A stretch of 64,000 nucleotides of DNA from Candidatus Poribacteria bacterium (GCA_965208325.1 OZ242326.1:1440001-1504000); one strand, 5' to 3'; positions 45,201 to 53,434 are shown, counted from the first letter of the stretch. Notes: generated from the sequence alone by a model not told the origin. Numbers and translations are program-made.

Positions 45201-46040
45201 GTGTGGTTCGACTACCCGATTGTCCGTGATTTACGATTGAATCTTGCGGTATTCGCCGACGATAATTTACGAATGGAGTCCGACATCGGCGAACTTGAAG
45301 TCGCAGTATCTGTCGTAAACGGCAAGATCGTCGGACCTATTCAAAAACCCATCTTTGATGGGCGCGTGAATTTGTTGGCGGGCCAGTTTTCATTGCTGGA
45401 CCACCTCTTTTCTATAAATGACGGCTCATATATAGAAAACACCAACCCATTTGAATTTAACCCCCAATACAAAATTGATGCCGAAACCATCGATCCGATT
45501 AGAAACATTCCCTTAGTTACAACCGATGACCAAGAGCGTACGAAAGATCTGAACATTAAAGCCCGTTTAAGCGGTTATCTCAACGAGCATCGCCCACCCG
45601 AGTTTCAGGTTGAAGTTCTCCGAAAAAGCGCTGGCGAAGAGTATCAATTTACCTCAAGGCAGATCGTTCGCATTTTGTCGTTCGGCGGCGCCGACACTTC
45701 TGAGCCGCTATCGGCGGGCGCTACCTCAAACCTTTTGCTGCGGCATTCTCAACGCTTTTTGGGAAGCCGTGTCGCGGATGCCGTGGGGTTCGTTGATGAC
45801 GTGCGGTTTGACATTAGCCCTAGTGCGTTCGAGGCGTCACAATTCTTCTTTACCAAAGCCATCTCCGAACGCTTTTTTCTAACGTCCGGATTTACCTTCC
45901 AACTTCACACCGAACCTCGAATTGAAGTTGAATATCTGATTAATAGACACATCACGGTTAAAGGTGAAAAGAACGAGCAGGGCAAATTTGGTATCGATCT
46001 CAAACTTCAACAAAAATTTGGGTTGACGCCGATTCGTTAG
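39222..46040 (+). CDS. tamB: TamB/AsmA-like translocation and assembly protein (2272 aa)
   Basis: N-terminal anchor, long repetitive beta-taco sequence (G.L..P.L.G motifs) and a DUF490-like C-terminus. Directly upstream of an Omp85 gene. Confidence 0.85.
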   Translation: MRTRNVFLIFFAVIVITLVIGVFFFSRSAYLLNRVRIVIVDELENQLNHPVSIGKISGNVLTGLKVHQLEVAKQHPDKPNPILIDEVNVKYRLWGLMQGKFVVQRFNLYRPQINAYIDRDGKFNLSSLMPEKTAESSARRPQLLISRANVEDGGISFVDETRKFKIAISGIQSLIDNPKQSAEYNGSMNIRDGSFELNGISTQIDELVTEFEFLKNQGELKTLRLTVGNSSLTISGGLNNFNSESPSNERSTPILDTQIDLNVDLRDLQKYFPTYELEGFAQAAIQAKGWIGDIVGQCNLKLPQAKINQIPLENWVADAEFTQDRFHLNAINGELASGSATGDADFKLASEGVTYSGTLKLSDLQAHQVLPTVIELPEDFLVVNGRVNGKILFSGNSANLNGFQLDSNLELSEASLNDVPIRLSKARCDIEHNRLSVSANFDDAEIRLDGPLGSAGRSDINLNITQIDVGKLSRILRLPDLSGSGTLTGRISPNPPLTATFSIPDAALYDVPIGVLRAEFHYAEGRVMLHPVSLVKGESEITLTGVARMENDIPVDFSVTAQPLQIADYVRLAGDDYPIEGIATGELKLDGTLASLDGRGNLHVAAGQAWELALDPLTLPLEIQDYVVKTPNFEILVRGQRGVLNTELTPDGDYDISFQSEAMRLAELARAKGITDFQLDADVVVLATGRANVTNPRVDLSFDFSNVSYAGKPLRDVRLEGIYMGDKLHFEGSGFDNTCRIQGVMESVEGNPYKVFVDGKGVDVKPILRIFNDTLSDKITGSANGALEISGTLADTSQFTLNMSLPSLALQANGRQLFNPSTVKLSFADDLWHVESFELADSRDRRRLLRAAGTLGAAAFEPNPPSSTPLSEATDLPRERFDFTVESEGFALEYLTDILGMTPMVSGTARYKLTGNGTAEDAQLVLDWSLENLSVNLPLEPVTISEAAGRLVYKNRNLIVEQSNFLWLDNSIHVDGSVPLNLSALPMSFEDRIAADAMRIEFRGKQFHLAPLTKYLPQLSHLHGYADLSGEMTGSLQHPVLTASVDVKETEMQLFDFPQPIENLQARIRIHGGGKSQSDFDTPFSNADNTRAGFTNDLISVELEYANWNLAGGNYRAAGRWNLSKTKAQSSLFSIPSFHAPASFQLQLDGTQVNLTKLVNYVMPGKQSALMREYDLEGHVDVSLALQGSGFHSNQVSGTLKCSNLRASINKLQFDTEHKHLDELNRGGISEGLGQVLVKHGIPISPNAPVSVEKGDDGRTVINWEDSNQPYVVKEDSDKLLIYKKHNVQNLAPIICRYSGGGFTIESFHIGQPGGGFIDASGTCDTDGNLNLQLELSELPYALLLPSLTLTLFNTSALLDGRFSSRIALGGTLTEPTIDAEWDTYAKSKNAEFSDKGFTKYNNRTLVMGDTIRLGNADNQLSISGEIPINLSFQPLNLPERFPELPINLRVKGKNESKIMLDYLALLFPVLLVDSGGIAEVDFSIRGTTASPYLVGEGTVHNGMMKFKHLDTPISGAAMRLKASAGKISIPAFSFQIGAGEYAAPKPIEFKMNGLLPTDFEVQQFTVTQAQISDFARSFLTGEIISDFDGFVTAEARLRFPINRIITRGETAWTPKIALPDVHNLIEYAVGDLNIQHVLVNSMVEGLDYTISNPEVIKVRLKDRTVKLDDFTLEDQKSNADAQRLKMTGSGSWKLGGRLDFRMDMHHFNLGFISDFFPDAYAIRGFLNAVLDIRGTDANPEVIFEWETPRFSLRHAHLDEFTGKIVYKNKKLRLTGIDGNNVRFSVGANRAKFSGLIPFNLSFLEFKAEPLQHDEIEGRLDAAIRNLDFLPLIIPSCDFADGTGEIGVTIGGPLRSPQLKGVANLRNLEFDFPDSHTKIEKTEIDIDFTHGGLNIRRFDGRLNGGAYRINGSVESDWHRIQNLNLTAALSGGCVFEMPGVYWVELERADLAINGGLKLPELTGSIHITEGRYENHWRELVENWFDKDAGIQTEVWFDYPIVRDLRLNLAVFADDNLRMESDIGELEVAVSVVNGKIVGPIQKPIFDGRVNLLAGQFSLLDHLFSINDGSYIENTNPFEFNPQYKIDAETIDPIRNIPLVTTDDQERTKDLNIKARLSGYLNEHRPPEFQVEVLRKSAGEEYQFTSRQIVRILSFGGADTSEPLSAGATSNLLLRHSQRFLGSRVADAVGFVDDVRFDISPSAFEASQFFFTKAISERFFLTSGFTFQLHTEPRIEVEYLINRHITVKGEKNEQGKFGIDLKLQQKFGLTPIR

Positions 46041-46086
46041 GCGTTAAATCCGAAGCAAAATTAAGTCATTCGCAAGATGGATTTAG

Positions 46087-48837
46087 ATGAAGCGCTCAAC
46101 CGAGAGCCAAAAACCGGAACACCGTTTCCTTCCGTATCTCATAATTAGCCTGATGCTTGCGTCCAACCCTGTGTTGGGAAAGTTGCACAACCATCAGGTC
46201 GTCGATATAGTATACCTCCTCAACGGCAACACCATTGATGAATCTTCTCTGCTCGATGACCTTCGACACAGAACTAAAATTTCAATAGGAAAACCATCCT
46301 CCCGCTACACGATTCGAAAGAGCATTGAATCAATCTATGCAGTCGGTGAGTTTTCTCAGGTGGAAGTTCTTGAAACCGCCGCGCCCGGCGGCGTTTTGAT
46401 TCGATTTATGCTTTCCACGAAAATCACCGTACAGCAAATCCAATTCACCGGAAATGACCGTTTGAGCAAAGATGACCTTTTTCAAGTGATGAAATCACGC
46501 CCGAATGAAGAATATCATGAGCAAGTTGCGAGGCAAGATAGACAAAGAATTCTCGATTTATACACAGATGAAAACGGCTATCTTCAAGCAGAAGTGTGCT
46601 TCATTCCGCCCGATCCGCAACTTGCACGTGAGGTCAATCTTGTGTACGAAATCTCCGAGGGGCGGCAATCCCTGATTCGGGAAATCGGATTTAAAGGGGT
46701 AAGAGGGATTGCGCCTAAAAAGTTGGGCAAGGTGCTGCATAGTAAGGCAGGAAAACCTTTCCAGAAGCGCCGCATCGAAGAAGACATTGACGCCATCAGC
46801 ACATTATATCGTAAAAACGGATATCTCACCGTCCATATTCAGCCCGAACTGTATTTTGATGAAAAACCGCAACTGGTTTCTCTCATGTACCAAGTGCGCG
46901 AAGGGAAAAAAGTCATTGTCAAACTAGTGGGTGATAATGTCGACAGCCGCGAACTCAGAGAGAAATTGAGTTTATTCAAGCAGGATGGCTATTCGGACAC
47001 AATTCTTCGAAGCAATACACAACAAATTCGCCGCATCTACCAACAAAAAGGGTATTTTGCCCCGGAGGTTGAGTACCAGATTGAAAGTGAATCGAAGGAT
47101 GAAGTAACCATTCGTTTCGATATTCATCCCGGCGTAGTGCTGCACATCGGTGAAATTAATTTTGCGGGGAATGCGGCATTTACGGCCGCCGAACTTCGGC
47201 GAAAGATGGAAACCCAATCACGCAGCCGCGTCGGTAGTATGATTCCGGGATTTGGCAGGTTTTTTCCTAAAGGGATTTTTGATCCGGAGATTTTGGAAAA
47301 AGACCGCCGTGTACTGAAGCTGTTTTATAAAAAAGCCGGTTATGCCGACGTTCAAATCAAACCGGAAAAAGAGATTGATGAAAAAAAAGGGCGCATCAAA
47401 TTAATGATTAACGTTATAGAGGGAAAACGTCAGATCATAGAGGTTGTGAGCATTAAAGGAAACCGCACAATTAAAGCTAGAACCTTGCTATCGAAGCCCG
47501 CTGCAAAACCGGGGGAACCGTACAGCACAGACATTGTGGCGCGCGATGTGCAATCGATCCAGTCCCATTACAGTAAGGAAGGGTATATCTACGCAAGCAT
47601 TGAACCGCACTACCAGCCGGAAACAGGTAGGCTGGTTTATCAAATCTCTGAGGGCATTCAAGCCAAGTTTGGGCGGTTCTACTTTGATGGGGAGGGGAGA
47701 ATCAAACTTCACGTTTTGGAGCGAGAATTTAAGAACCTAGACGGCACCGTGTTTAACCACGAAAAACTGATTGAAGGGCGTCGGCGATTGTTTAATCTCG
47801 GAATCTTTCGCGAAATCGAAATTCAGACGCCCGGTCAGCTTGAAGGGGAAGAGGTCGTTGATGTCAATGTCGACGCCAAAGTCAGAGCTCCCGGTTCAAT
47901 GAGCTTGAGCGGCGGTTATAGCCCGTCGGAAGGCGTTCGGGGAACTATCGGTGTGACTCACAATAATATTCACAAACGCAACATGCGAGCGGGGATGCAG
48001 TTTCGAATCGGAACGCGAGGTAACCTGTATGAACTTACCTTGGTTGAACCGTGGTTAAAACCACCAATCCTTGGACATACAATCGGCACCCTTCGCCTAT
48101 TTGAAGATAATTTGGAAGAAAACGATGACATACGCGCCCGCGGTGTGACAGCCAATCTTGCGAAACGGCTTGGATTGCATAGTAACTTGGCTATGCAATA
48201 CAAATATCAGGAGTTACATCAGAGCGATAGTGACAGAAGCACCATTGTGAGCAGTTTGGGAATCTCGTTTCATCGGGATAATCGGGATAGCTTTCTTAAC
48301 CCCAGAAATGGATGGTTCAAGGAGGTGGCAGTAGAGTATGCCGGCGCGTTTCTTGGCGGCGAAACCCGTTTTGTGAAATTTACAACGGATAATCGCCACT
48401 ACAAGCAGATTGGAAGGGTAGTTGTCGCGAATGCGCTCCGGCTTGGTTGGTTGCGCCCCAACCGTGCCCGGGAGATTGACGACCTCCTCTCATTTGAACG
48501 TTTTTGGGCGGGTGGATCCACAACGGTTAGGGGGTACGATGAGCGGTCATTAGGCCCCAGCGAATCGGACAATCCTCGTGGGGACGTTTTGTTTGTTTTC
48601 AATGCAGAATTGCGCTACCCAATATTTAAGTTCATTGGCGGTGCCTTGTTTTTTGACACGGGCAACGTGTGGGATAAACTGAAACTTTCGGAAATAAAAG
48701 AAAGCCTCCCTTGGTCGGGAGTCGGAGTCGGGCTTCGTATTGAAACGCCCCTTGGGCCCGCTCGTTTGGATTTTGGTTTCCCGCTCACTGAGAAATACTC
48801 ACGCCGCATCCATATCGAACTGGGGCACGCCTTTTAA
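46087..48837 (+). CDS. bamA: Omp85 family outer-membrane assembly factor (BamA/TamA) with multiple POTRA domains
   Basis: Repeated POTRA patterns (Y...GY, I.EG), GGSTTVRGY, FFDTGNVW, TPLGPARLD, terminal F. Confidence 0.9.
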   Translation: MKRSTESQKPEHRFLPYLIISLMLASNPVLGKLHNHQVVDIVYLLNGNTIDESSLLDDLRHRTKISIGKPSSRYTIRKSIESIYAVGEFSQVEVLETAAPGGVLIRFMLSTKITVQQIQFTGNDRLSKDDLFQVMKSRPNEEYHEQVARQDRQRILDLYTDENGYLQAEVCFIPPDPQLAREVNLVYEISEGRQSLIREIGFKGVRGIAPKKLGKVLHSKAGKPFQKRRIEEDIDAISTLYRKNGYLTVHIQPELYFDEKPQLVSLMYQVREGKKVIVKLVGDNVDSRELREKLSLFKQDGYSDTILRSNTQQIRRIYQQKGYFAPEVEYQIESESKDEVTIRFDIHPGVVLHIGEINFAGNAAFTAAELRRKMETQSRSRVGSMIPGFGRFFPKGIFDPEILEKDRRVLKLFYKKAGYADVQIKPEKEIDEKKGRIKLMINVIEGKRQIIEVVSIKGNRTIKARTLLSKPAAKPGEPYSTDIVARDVQSIQSHYSKEGYIYASIEPHYQPETGRLVYQISEGIQAKFGRFYFDGEGRIKLHVLEREFKNLDGTVFNHEKLIEGRRRLFNLGIFREIEIQTPGQLEGEEVVDVNVDAKVRAPGSMSLSGGYSPSEGVRGTIGVTHNNIHKRNMRAGMQFRIGTRGNLYELTLVEPWLKPPILGHTIGTLRLFEDNLEENDDIRARGVTANLAKRLGLHSNLAMQYKYQELHQSDSDRSTIVSSLGISFHRDNRDSFLNPRNGWFKEVAVEYAGAFLGGETRFVKFTTDNRHYKQIGRVVVANALRLGWLRPNRAREIDDLLSFERFWAGGSTTVRGYDERSLGPSESDNPRGDVLFVFNAELRYPIFKFIGGALFFDTGNVWDKLKLSEIKESLPWSGVGVGLRIETPLGPARLDFGFPLTEKYSRRIHIELGHAF

Positions 48838-48848
48838 ACAAAAATACC

Positions 48849-48877
48849 TTGACAAACGAATAGCTACTATGTATAAT
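48849..48877 (+). promoter_or_regulatory. Consensus sigma70 promoter of the tRNA operon
   Basis: TTGACA-17 nt-TATAAT. Confidence 0.9.
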
Positions 48878-48891
48878 TCACATTCGCGTTT

Positions 48892-48967
48892 GCTGGCGTA
48901 GCTCAACGGGCAGAGCAAGTGATTTGTAATCACTAGGTTGGGGGTTCGATTCCTCTCGCCAGCTCCA
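48892..48967 (+). tRNA. tRNA-Thr(TGT)
   Basis: GCTGGCG/CGCCAGC acceptor stem, anticodon loop TTTGTAA, GTTCGA T-loop, encoded CCA. Confidence 0.96.
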
Positions 48968-48984
48968 TTCTTTGTACACCGGCT

Positions 48985-49066
48985 GGGGAGATACCAAAGC
49001 GGTCAAACGGGGCAGACTGTAAATCTGTTGGCTATGCCTTCGGAGGTTCGAATCCTTCTCTCCCCA
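48985..49066 (+). tRNA. tRNA-Tyr(GTA)
   Basis: GGGGAGA/TCTCCCC acceptor stem, CTGTAAA loop, long variable arm. Confidence 0.96.
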
Positions 49067-49111
49067 TCACGTATGGCGCACAGCAAAACGCGAAAGCAGT
49101 TCAGATACAAC

Positions 49112-49185
49112 GCGGGAGTAGCTCAGGTTGGTAGAGCATTGGCCTTCCAAGCCAATTGTCGCGGGTTCGAACCCCGTCTCCCGCT
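49112..49185 (+). tRNA. tRNA-Gly(TCC)
   Basis: GCGGGAG/CTCCCGC acceptor stem, CTTCCAA loop. Confidence 0.96.
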
Positions 49186-49209
49186 TGGCGTTCTGATATT
49201 TTTTTGGTA

Positions 49210-49312
49210 GTCCCCTTTGAATTTGGACAGCTATTTCGCCAAACTCCCGAGTGGCATTTCACTGGAGCGCGGTTTGCTTAATGGCGAATCCGGCGAATGT
49301 CGGAACGGGGAC
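49210..49312 (+). ncRNA. Candidate structured RNA in the tRNA-Gly/tRNA-Thr spacer
   Basis: Nested stems GTCCCC/GGGGAC, TTCGCCA/TGGCGAA, CTCC..AGTG/CACTGGAG and TCCGGC/GTCGGA. Confidence 0.35.
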
Positions 49313-49323
49313 ATGTTTGCTGT

Positions 49324-49396
<73 letters not shown>

Positions 49397-49444
49397 TCAG
49401 TATGCGTTTCAAAACCGATATGTATTAATATTCGAGTAACCGAT

Positions 49445-49597
49445 ATGCCTAGAGATGTCGTTTCGTTAGCGTGTGATGATTGCAAACGGCGAAACTATGT
49501 GACGACAAGGAACAAAAGAAAACAACAATCGCGTTTTGAGTTTAAAAAATATTGTCGTTTTTGTCGGAAACACACACTACACAAAGAAACTCGATAA
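49445..49597 (+). CDS. rpmG: 50S ribosomal protein L33 (Zn-binding form)
   Basis: MPRDVVSLACDDCKRRNY...KKYCRFCRKHTLHKETR. Confidence 0.96.
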   Translation: MPRDVVSLACDDCKRRNYVTTRNKRKQQSRFEFKKYCRFCRKHTLHKETR

Positions 49598-49621
49598 AAC
49601 ATCAATCATTTCCTTGCTTGC

Positions 49622-49695
49622 AGGCCAGTGGCTCAACCGGCTAGAGCATCGGTCTCCAAAACCGAGGGTTGGGGGTTCGAGTCCCTCCTGGCCTG
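49622..49695 (+). tRNA. tRNA-Trp(CCA)
   Basis: AGGCCAG/CTGGCCT acceptor stem, CTCCAAA loop. Canonical position before secE. Confidence 0.96.
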
Positions 49696-49716
49696 CCTTT
49701 TTATTGAAATATCATT

Positions 49717-50100
49717 ATGATAGGGCGCGTAAAAAAATATCTACAAGAAATTCGAATTGAATGGGAAAAGGTGTCCAAACCTGACTGGAAGGATGTCCGC
49801 GGGAATACGCTCGTCGTAATTGTAGCATGTGCGATTTTAGGGTTTTTCCTGTGGCTTGTCGATGGAAATGCCGCGTACCCCAATTGGACCTCTGAGATTG
49901 GACTGGTTTTGCTCATCGTTTTAGTGCTAATCGTTCCTTTGATTTTGAGACGTTATACACCTAAGTGGAAACTATCAATTCCCATTTTGATTCTTCCCCT
50001 AGTAATTGTTGCGTTTTTCTATTTTGATCCCGATCCTAACCGGGGGGACATTAAAGGTTTCGGTTTGTCTTTACTTCGCGATCTGTTTATCCGCCGCTAA
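49717..50100 (+). CDS. secE: Preprotein translocase SecE with extra C-terminal TM helices
   Basis: YLQEIRIEWEKVSKP...T.VV...FLWLVD. Lies between tRNA-Trp and nusG. Confidence 0.85.
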   Translation: MIGRVKKYLQEIRIEWEKVSKPDWKDVRGNTLVVIVACAILGFFLWLVDGNAAYPNWTSEIGLVLLIVLVLIVPLILRRYTPKWKLSIPILILPLVIVAFFYFDPDPNRGDIKGFGLSLLRDLFIRR

Positions 50101-50161
50101 ACATGCGTCTACGCCGTTCTGTGCCGTTCCCACGGTTAACTTTAATGGATAAGAGAAATCT

Positions 50162-50725
50162 ATGACCGGCTTCTGGTATATTATCCACATCTATTCTGGG
50201 CATGAAAAAAAAGTCAAGGTAAATCTTGAGCAACGGGTACAGGCGGTAGGTTTGGAGGAGGAAATTCTTCAAGTCATCATTCCGACAAAGGAAGTGGTAG
50301 AAGTCAAAAACGGCAAGAAACGGACGTTTGAACGCCCTTCTTATCCAGGATACATACTAATCCAAACCGCAAATGAATTATGGGCAGATGCAGAAATTGA
50401 GAGTAGCCAGAAAAGTTGGCATCTGATCCGCGACACCCCCGGCGTGATGAGTTTCGTTGGATCAAGTTCCCATCCACCGCCGCTTGCTGAAGAAGAGGTG
50501 CAAAATGCCCTTAATATTTCAACGGATGAAGAGAAAAGGAGACCCTCTCCCGTCGTGGACTATGTCGTTGGGGATAAGGTTAAGGTAATTGATGGGCCAT
50601 TCAATGAATTCCCCGCGGAAATTCATGGCATTGACGAGGAAAAACAGCGATTACATCTTATGATTTCGATTTTTGGTCGAACAACCCCTATTGAACTTGA
50701 ATTTTTCCAGGTTGAGAAAATTTAG
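50162..50725 (+). CDS. nusG: Transcription factor NusG
   Basis: WYIIHIYSGHE, YPGYI, TPGV..FVG, KOW GD.VKVIDGPF, IFGR.TP. Confidence 0.97.
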   Translation: MTGFWYIIHIYSGHEKKVKVNLEQRVQAVGLEEEILQVIIPTKEVVEVKNGKKRTFERPSYPGYILIQTANELWADAEIESSQKSWHLIRDTPGVMSFVGSSSHPPPLAEEEVQNALNISTDEEKRRPSPVVDYVVGDKVKVIDGPFNEFPAEIHGIDEEKQRLHLMISIFGRTTPIELEFFQVEKI

Positions 50726-50746
50726 GGTATCCTTGGAGAGTTAAAA

Positions 50747-51172
50747 ATGGCAAAAAAAATTGCGGGCGTCGTAAAACTTCAGCTCGTGTCCGGGCAAGCA
50801 ACTCCGAACCCGCCTGTGGGTCCAAGCCTTGCGCCCTATATGATTAATATTCCAGAGTTTATCAAATCCTTTAATGCGCAGACTCAAGACCAACCAGGTT
50901 TGGTTGTTACCACGGTCGTGACCTGTTTCGCAGATCGATCTTTTAGTTTCGAAGTAAAATCACCACCGACCGCGGTGCTGTTGAAGCAAGCCGCAAGAAT
51001 TGCGAAAGGATCCGGCGAACCAAACCGCAATAAGGTTGCCTCTGTGACCCCGGAGCAAATCAAGGAGATAGCGCAAACCAAATTGCCGGATTTGAATACG
51101 GTAAGTTTGGAATCTGCGATGCAAATGGTCAGAGGAACCGCCCGGAGTATGGGAATCACGATTACGGGATAA
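50747..51172 (+). CDS. rplK: 50S ribosomal protein L11
   Basis: PPVGP, FNAQT, DRSF.F, GTARSMG. Confidence 0.97.
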   Translation: MAKKIAGVVKLQLVSGQATPNPPVGPSLAPYMINIPEFIKSFNAQTQDQPGLVVTTVVTCFADRSFSFEVKSPPTAVLLKQAARIAKGSGEPNRNKVASVTPEQIKEIAQTKLPDLNTVSLESAMQMVRGTARSMGITITG

Positions 51173-51186
51173 CACGGAGGATAACC

Positions 51187-51885
51187 ATGAAAAAGAGAGG
51201 CAAGCGATACCGGGAGATAGCGCAAGCCGTTGATCGCCTTAAGTCTTACGATTTAAATGAAGCATTACCTCTATTGAAAAAGACAGCGACTTCGAAGTTT
51301 GGAGAAACCGTGGATTTGGCTGTGCATCTCGGTGTTGACCCAAGACATGCAGAACAAAATATCCGCGGTACCGTTGCATTGCCGCACGGCACTGGTAGGG
51401 AGGTGCGTGTAGTTGTATTTGCCGAAGGTGAAAAAGCGCGCGAAGCAGAAGAGGCAGGCGCGGATGTCGTCGGCAGTGACGACCTTATTGAACGGATTGC
51501 CGGCGGCTGGTTGGAATTCGATGCTGTCGTGGCAACTCCGGATATGATGCGAAGAATTTCCTCGAAATTGGGGAGGATTCTTGGACCAAGAGGATTAATG
51601 CCTAATCCGAAGGCAGGAACCGTTACAATGGACGTTGGAGAGGCAATCGCTAATATCAAAGCCGGTCAGATTGAATACCGTGTCGAAAAGCAGTCAGGCG
51701 TCATTCATGTTCCTGTCGGCAAAAGTTCCTTTGATGCGCATCAGATTCAGGAGAATATTGAGACGGTCATGAGCACCTTGATTCGGGCGCGCCCCTCTTC
51801 AGCAAAAGGTAGGTATTTGAAGAGTGTAGCAATTTCGTCAACTATGGGCGTTGGGATTCGGCTGAATCCACAGCAATTTAGCTAA
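51187..51885 (+). CDS. rplA: 50S ribosomal protein L1
   Basis: LGVDPR, LPHGTG, LGPRGLMPNPK.GTV, STMG. Confidence 0.98.
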   Translation: MKKRGKRYREIAQAVDRLKSYDLNEALPLLKKTATSKFGETVDLAVHLGVDPRHAEQNIRGTVALPHGTGREVRVVVFAEGEKAREAEEAGADVVGSDDLIERIAGGWLEFDAVVATPDMMRRISSKLGRILGPRGLMPNPKAGTVTMDVGEAIANIKAGQIEYRVEKQSGVIHVPVGKSSFDAHQIQENIETVMSTLIRARPSSAKGRYLKSVAISSTMGVGIRLNPQQFS

Positions 51886-51887
51886 TA

Positions 51888-52130
51888 GACTTCTTTCCAA
51901 AATAATTCCGCCGGCCGATAGCCCCAGACGGGATCTTCGATCGTCAAATCGAAGATAGTTTTTTCAGACAAATAGAAATCACTGTTACACATCAACATCT
52001 AGCCCCAGCGGGGCGGCAGGTGTAAAACGACTACCCTCACATTGGGCGAATACGCTGTAGGGGCAACCCTTGTGGTTGCCCTTAACGCTTCGGTTTTGTC
52101 AACCACATTGAGTTAATTAGGAAAGATGTC
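51888..52130. mobile_element. MITE-like non-autonomous element (about 243 bp) carrying an internal REP-like palindrome
   Basis: 21-bp terminal inverted repeats (gacttctttccaaaataattc / gagttaattaggaaagatgtc, 17/21 match). TAATA direct repeats at 51883-51887 and 52131-52135. No ORF. Confidence 0.65.
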
Positions 52131-52191
52131 TAATACTAGGTTGCCTTGAAACTCACCGTTCGTGCTTAAAATTTGAATATCATTTTGAAGA

Positions 52192-52345
52192 GCGGTCGTA
52201 GACAGTAGGTGCAATTTGCTTAAATGAGAGATTCAGCCTACCGAGGCTTGCATCGCCATGAAGACGATAGGGATTAGGTTCTGAAGTTATGTGCCTATTG
52301 TCGAATTAGAAGTTAAGCCTCCAATATGATTGGAGGCTTTTTTTT
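52192..52345 (+). promoter_or_regulatory. Ribosomal protein L10 leader with attenuator terminator
   Basis: CGTAGACAGTAGG...TTAAA...CCTACCGAGG core, then AAGCCTCCAAT-atg-ATTGGAGGCTT followed by a T run. Upstream of rplJ. Confidence 0.85.
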
Positions 52346-52412
52346 GGAGGTTTAGAATTTAACCTTGTATGTTAACAGGCACCAAGCCTGTGGCTGCGCG
52401 AGAGGATTTAGA

Positions 52413-52979
52413 ATGCCTAACCAGAAAAATGTCGAACAAGTCGAACAAATCCAGGAGCGTTTTCAGAATTCTGAAGTCATAATCCTGACAGACTTTCAGG
52501 GGCTGACAGTAGCGGAAATTAACGAACTGCGCCGTCAGCTGCACGAAAAAGGTATCCAATATAAAGTTTACAAAAATACGTTAATTCGTGTCGCCGCCCA
52601 ATCGTTGGGGATTGAGAGTTTAGAATCGTACCTCCATGGGACAACCGCCGTAGCATTAAGCAGTGACCCGGCGATGCCTTCGAAGATCTTTATGGATTTT
52701 AGCGAAGAACACGAAAACTTAAAGATTAAGGGGGGTATACTCGGTAAAAAGGTTATTGACGCCGCAGCGGTCGAGGAACTTGTCAATTTGCCGTCGCGTG
52801 ACCAGTTGATTGCGCGTGCGGTCGGTGGTTTAAGGTCGCCATTATCCGGCTTGATGTCCGTTTTACATCATGGTTCACCCTTGACCGGGCTGGTGAATGT
52901 ATTGAATGGTTCGATCCAACAAGTGACAACTGTTTTACAGGCAATTGCCGATCAGAAAAAAGAAGCCGAACAGGCATAA
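52413..52979 (+). CDS. rplJ: 50S ribosomal protein L10
   Basis: DFQGLTVAEINELR, KNTL, L.G.TA, KGG, LPSR. ATG after AGAGGA. Confidence 0.97.
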   Translation: MPNQKNVEQVEQIQERFQNSEVIILTDFQGLTVAEINELRRQLHEKGIQYKVYKNTLIRVAAQSLGIESLESYLHGTTAVALSSDPAMPSKIFMDFSEEHENLKIKGGILGKKVIDAAAVEELVNLPSRDQLIARAVGGLRSPLSGLMSVLHHGSPLTGLVNVLNGSIQQVTTVLQAIADQKKEAEQA

Positions 52980-53012
52980 ATTTTAATTGATGATGAAGGA
53001 AGGAATTCAACA

Positions 53013-53411
53013 ATGGCTGATGTTGAAAAACTGATTGAGGAAATCAGTAATATGACGGTTCTGGAACTTTCGGAATTAGTGAAGGCTTTAGAAGATAAAT
53101 TTGGTGTCAGTGCAGCTGCGCCGATGATGGTGGCGGGCGCCGCTGCGCCGGCGGGAACAGCGGAAGGTCCTGCTGCCGAAGAAGCTCCGGAAGAGGAGCA
53201 AACAGAGTTTAATGTACAGTTGAAAGAAATCGGCCCGAACAAGATTCCCGTTATCAAAGAGGTGCGGGCTATCTCCGGGCTTGGCTTAAAAGAGGCTAAA
53301 GAGAAGGTTGAATCGGCGCCGACAGTTATCCAAGAAGGCGTCAACAAAGAGGATGCCGAGAAGTTTAAAGCCCAGTTGGAAGCAGTTGGTGCAGTTGTAG
53401 AAATACTCTAA
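53013..53411 (+). CDS. rplL: 50S ribosomal protein L7/L12
   Basis: [46 protein letters not shown]. Confidence 0.98.
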   Translation: MADVEKLIEEISNMTVLELSELVKALEDKFGVSAAAPMMVAGAAAPAGTAEGPAAEEAPEEEQTEFNVQLKEIGPNKIPVIKEVRAISGLGLKEAKEKVESAPTVIQEGVNKEDAEKFKAQLEAVGAVVEIL

Positions 53412-53434
53412 ATATAATTTTCTCAAAAATAACT

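Noticed and set aside
49210..49312. tRNA-Sec, SRP RNA or 6S identity for the spacer element
   Set aside because: It has no TCA anticodon arm or T-loop and no SRP GGAA-loop motif, and it is too short for 6S. Kept only as an unknown structure.
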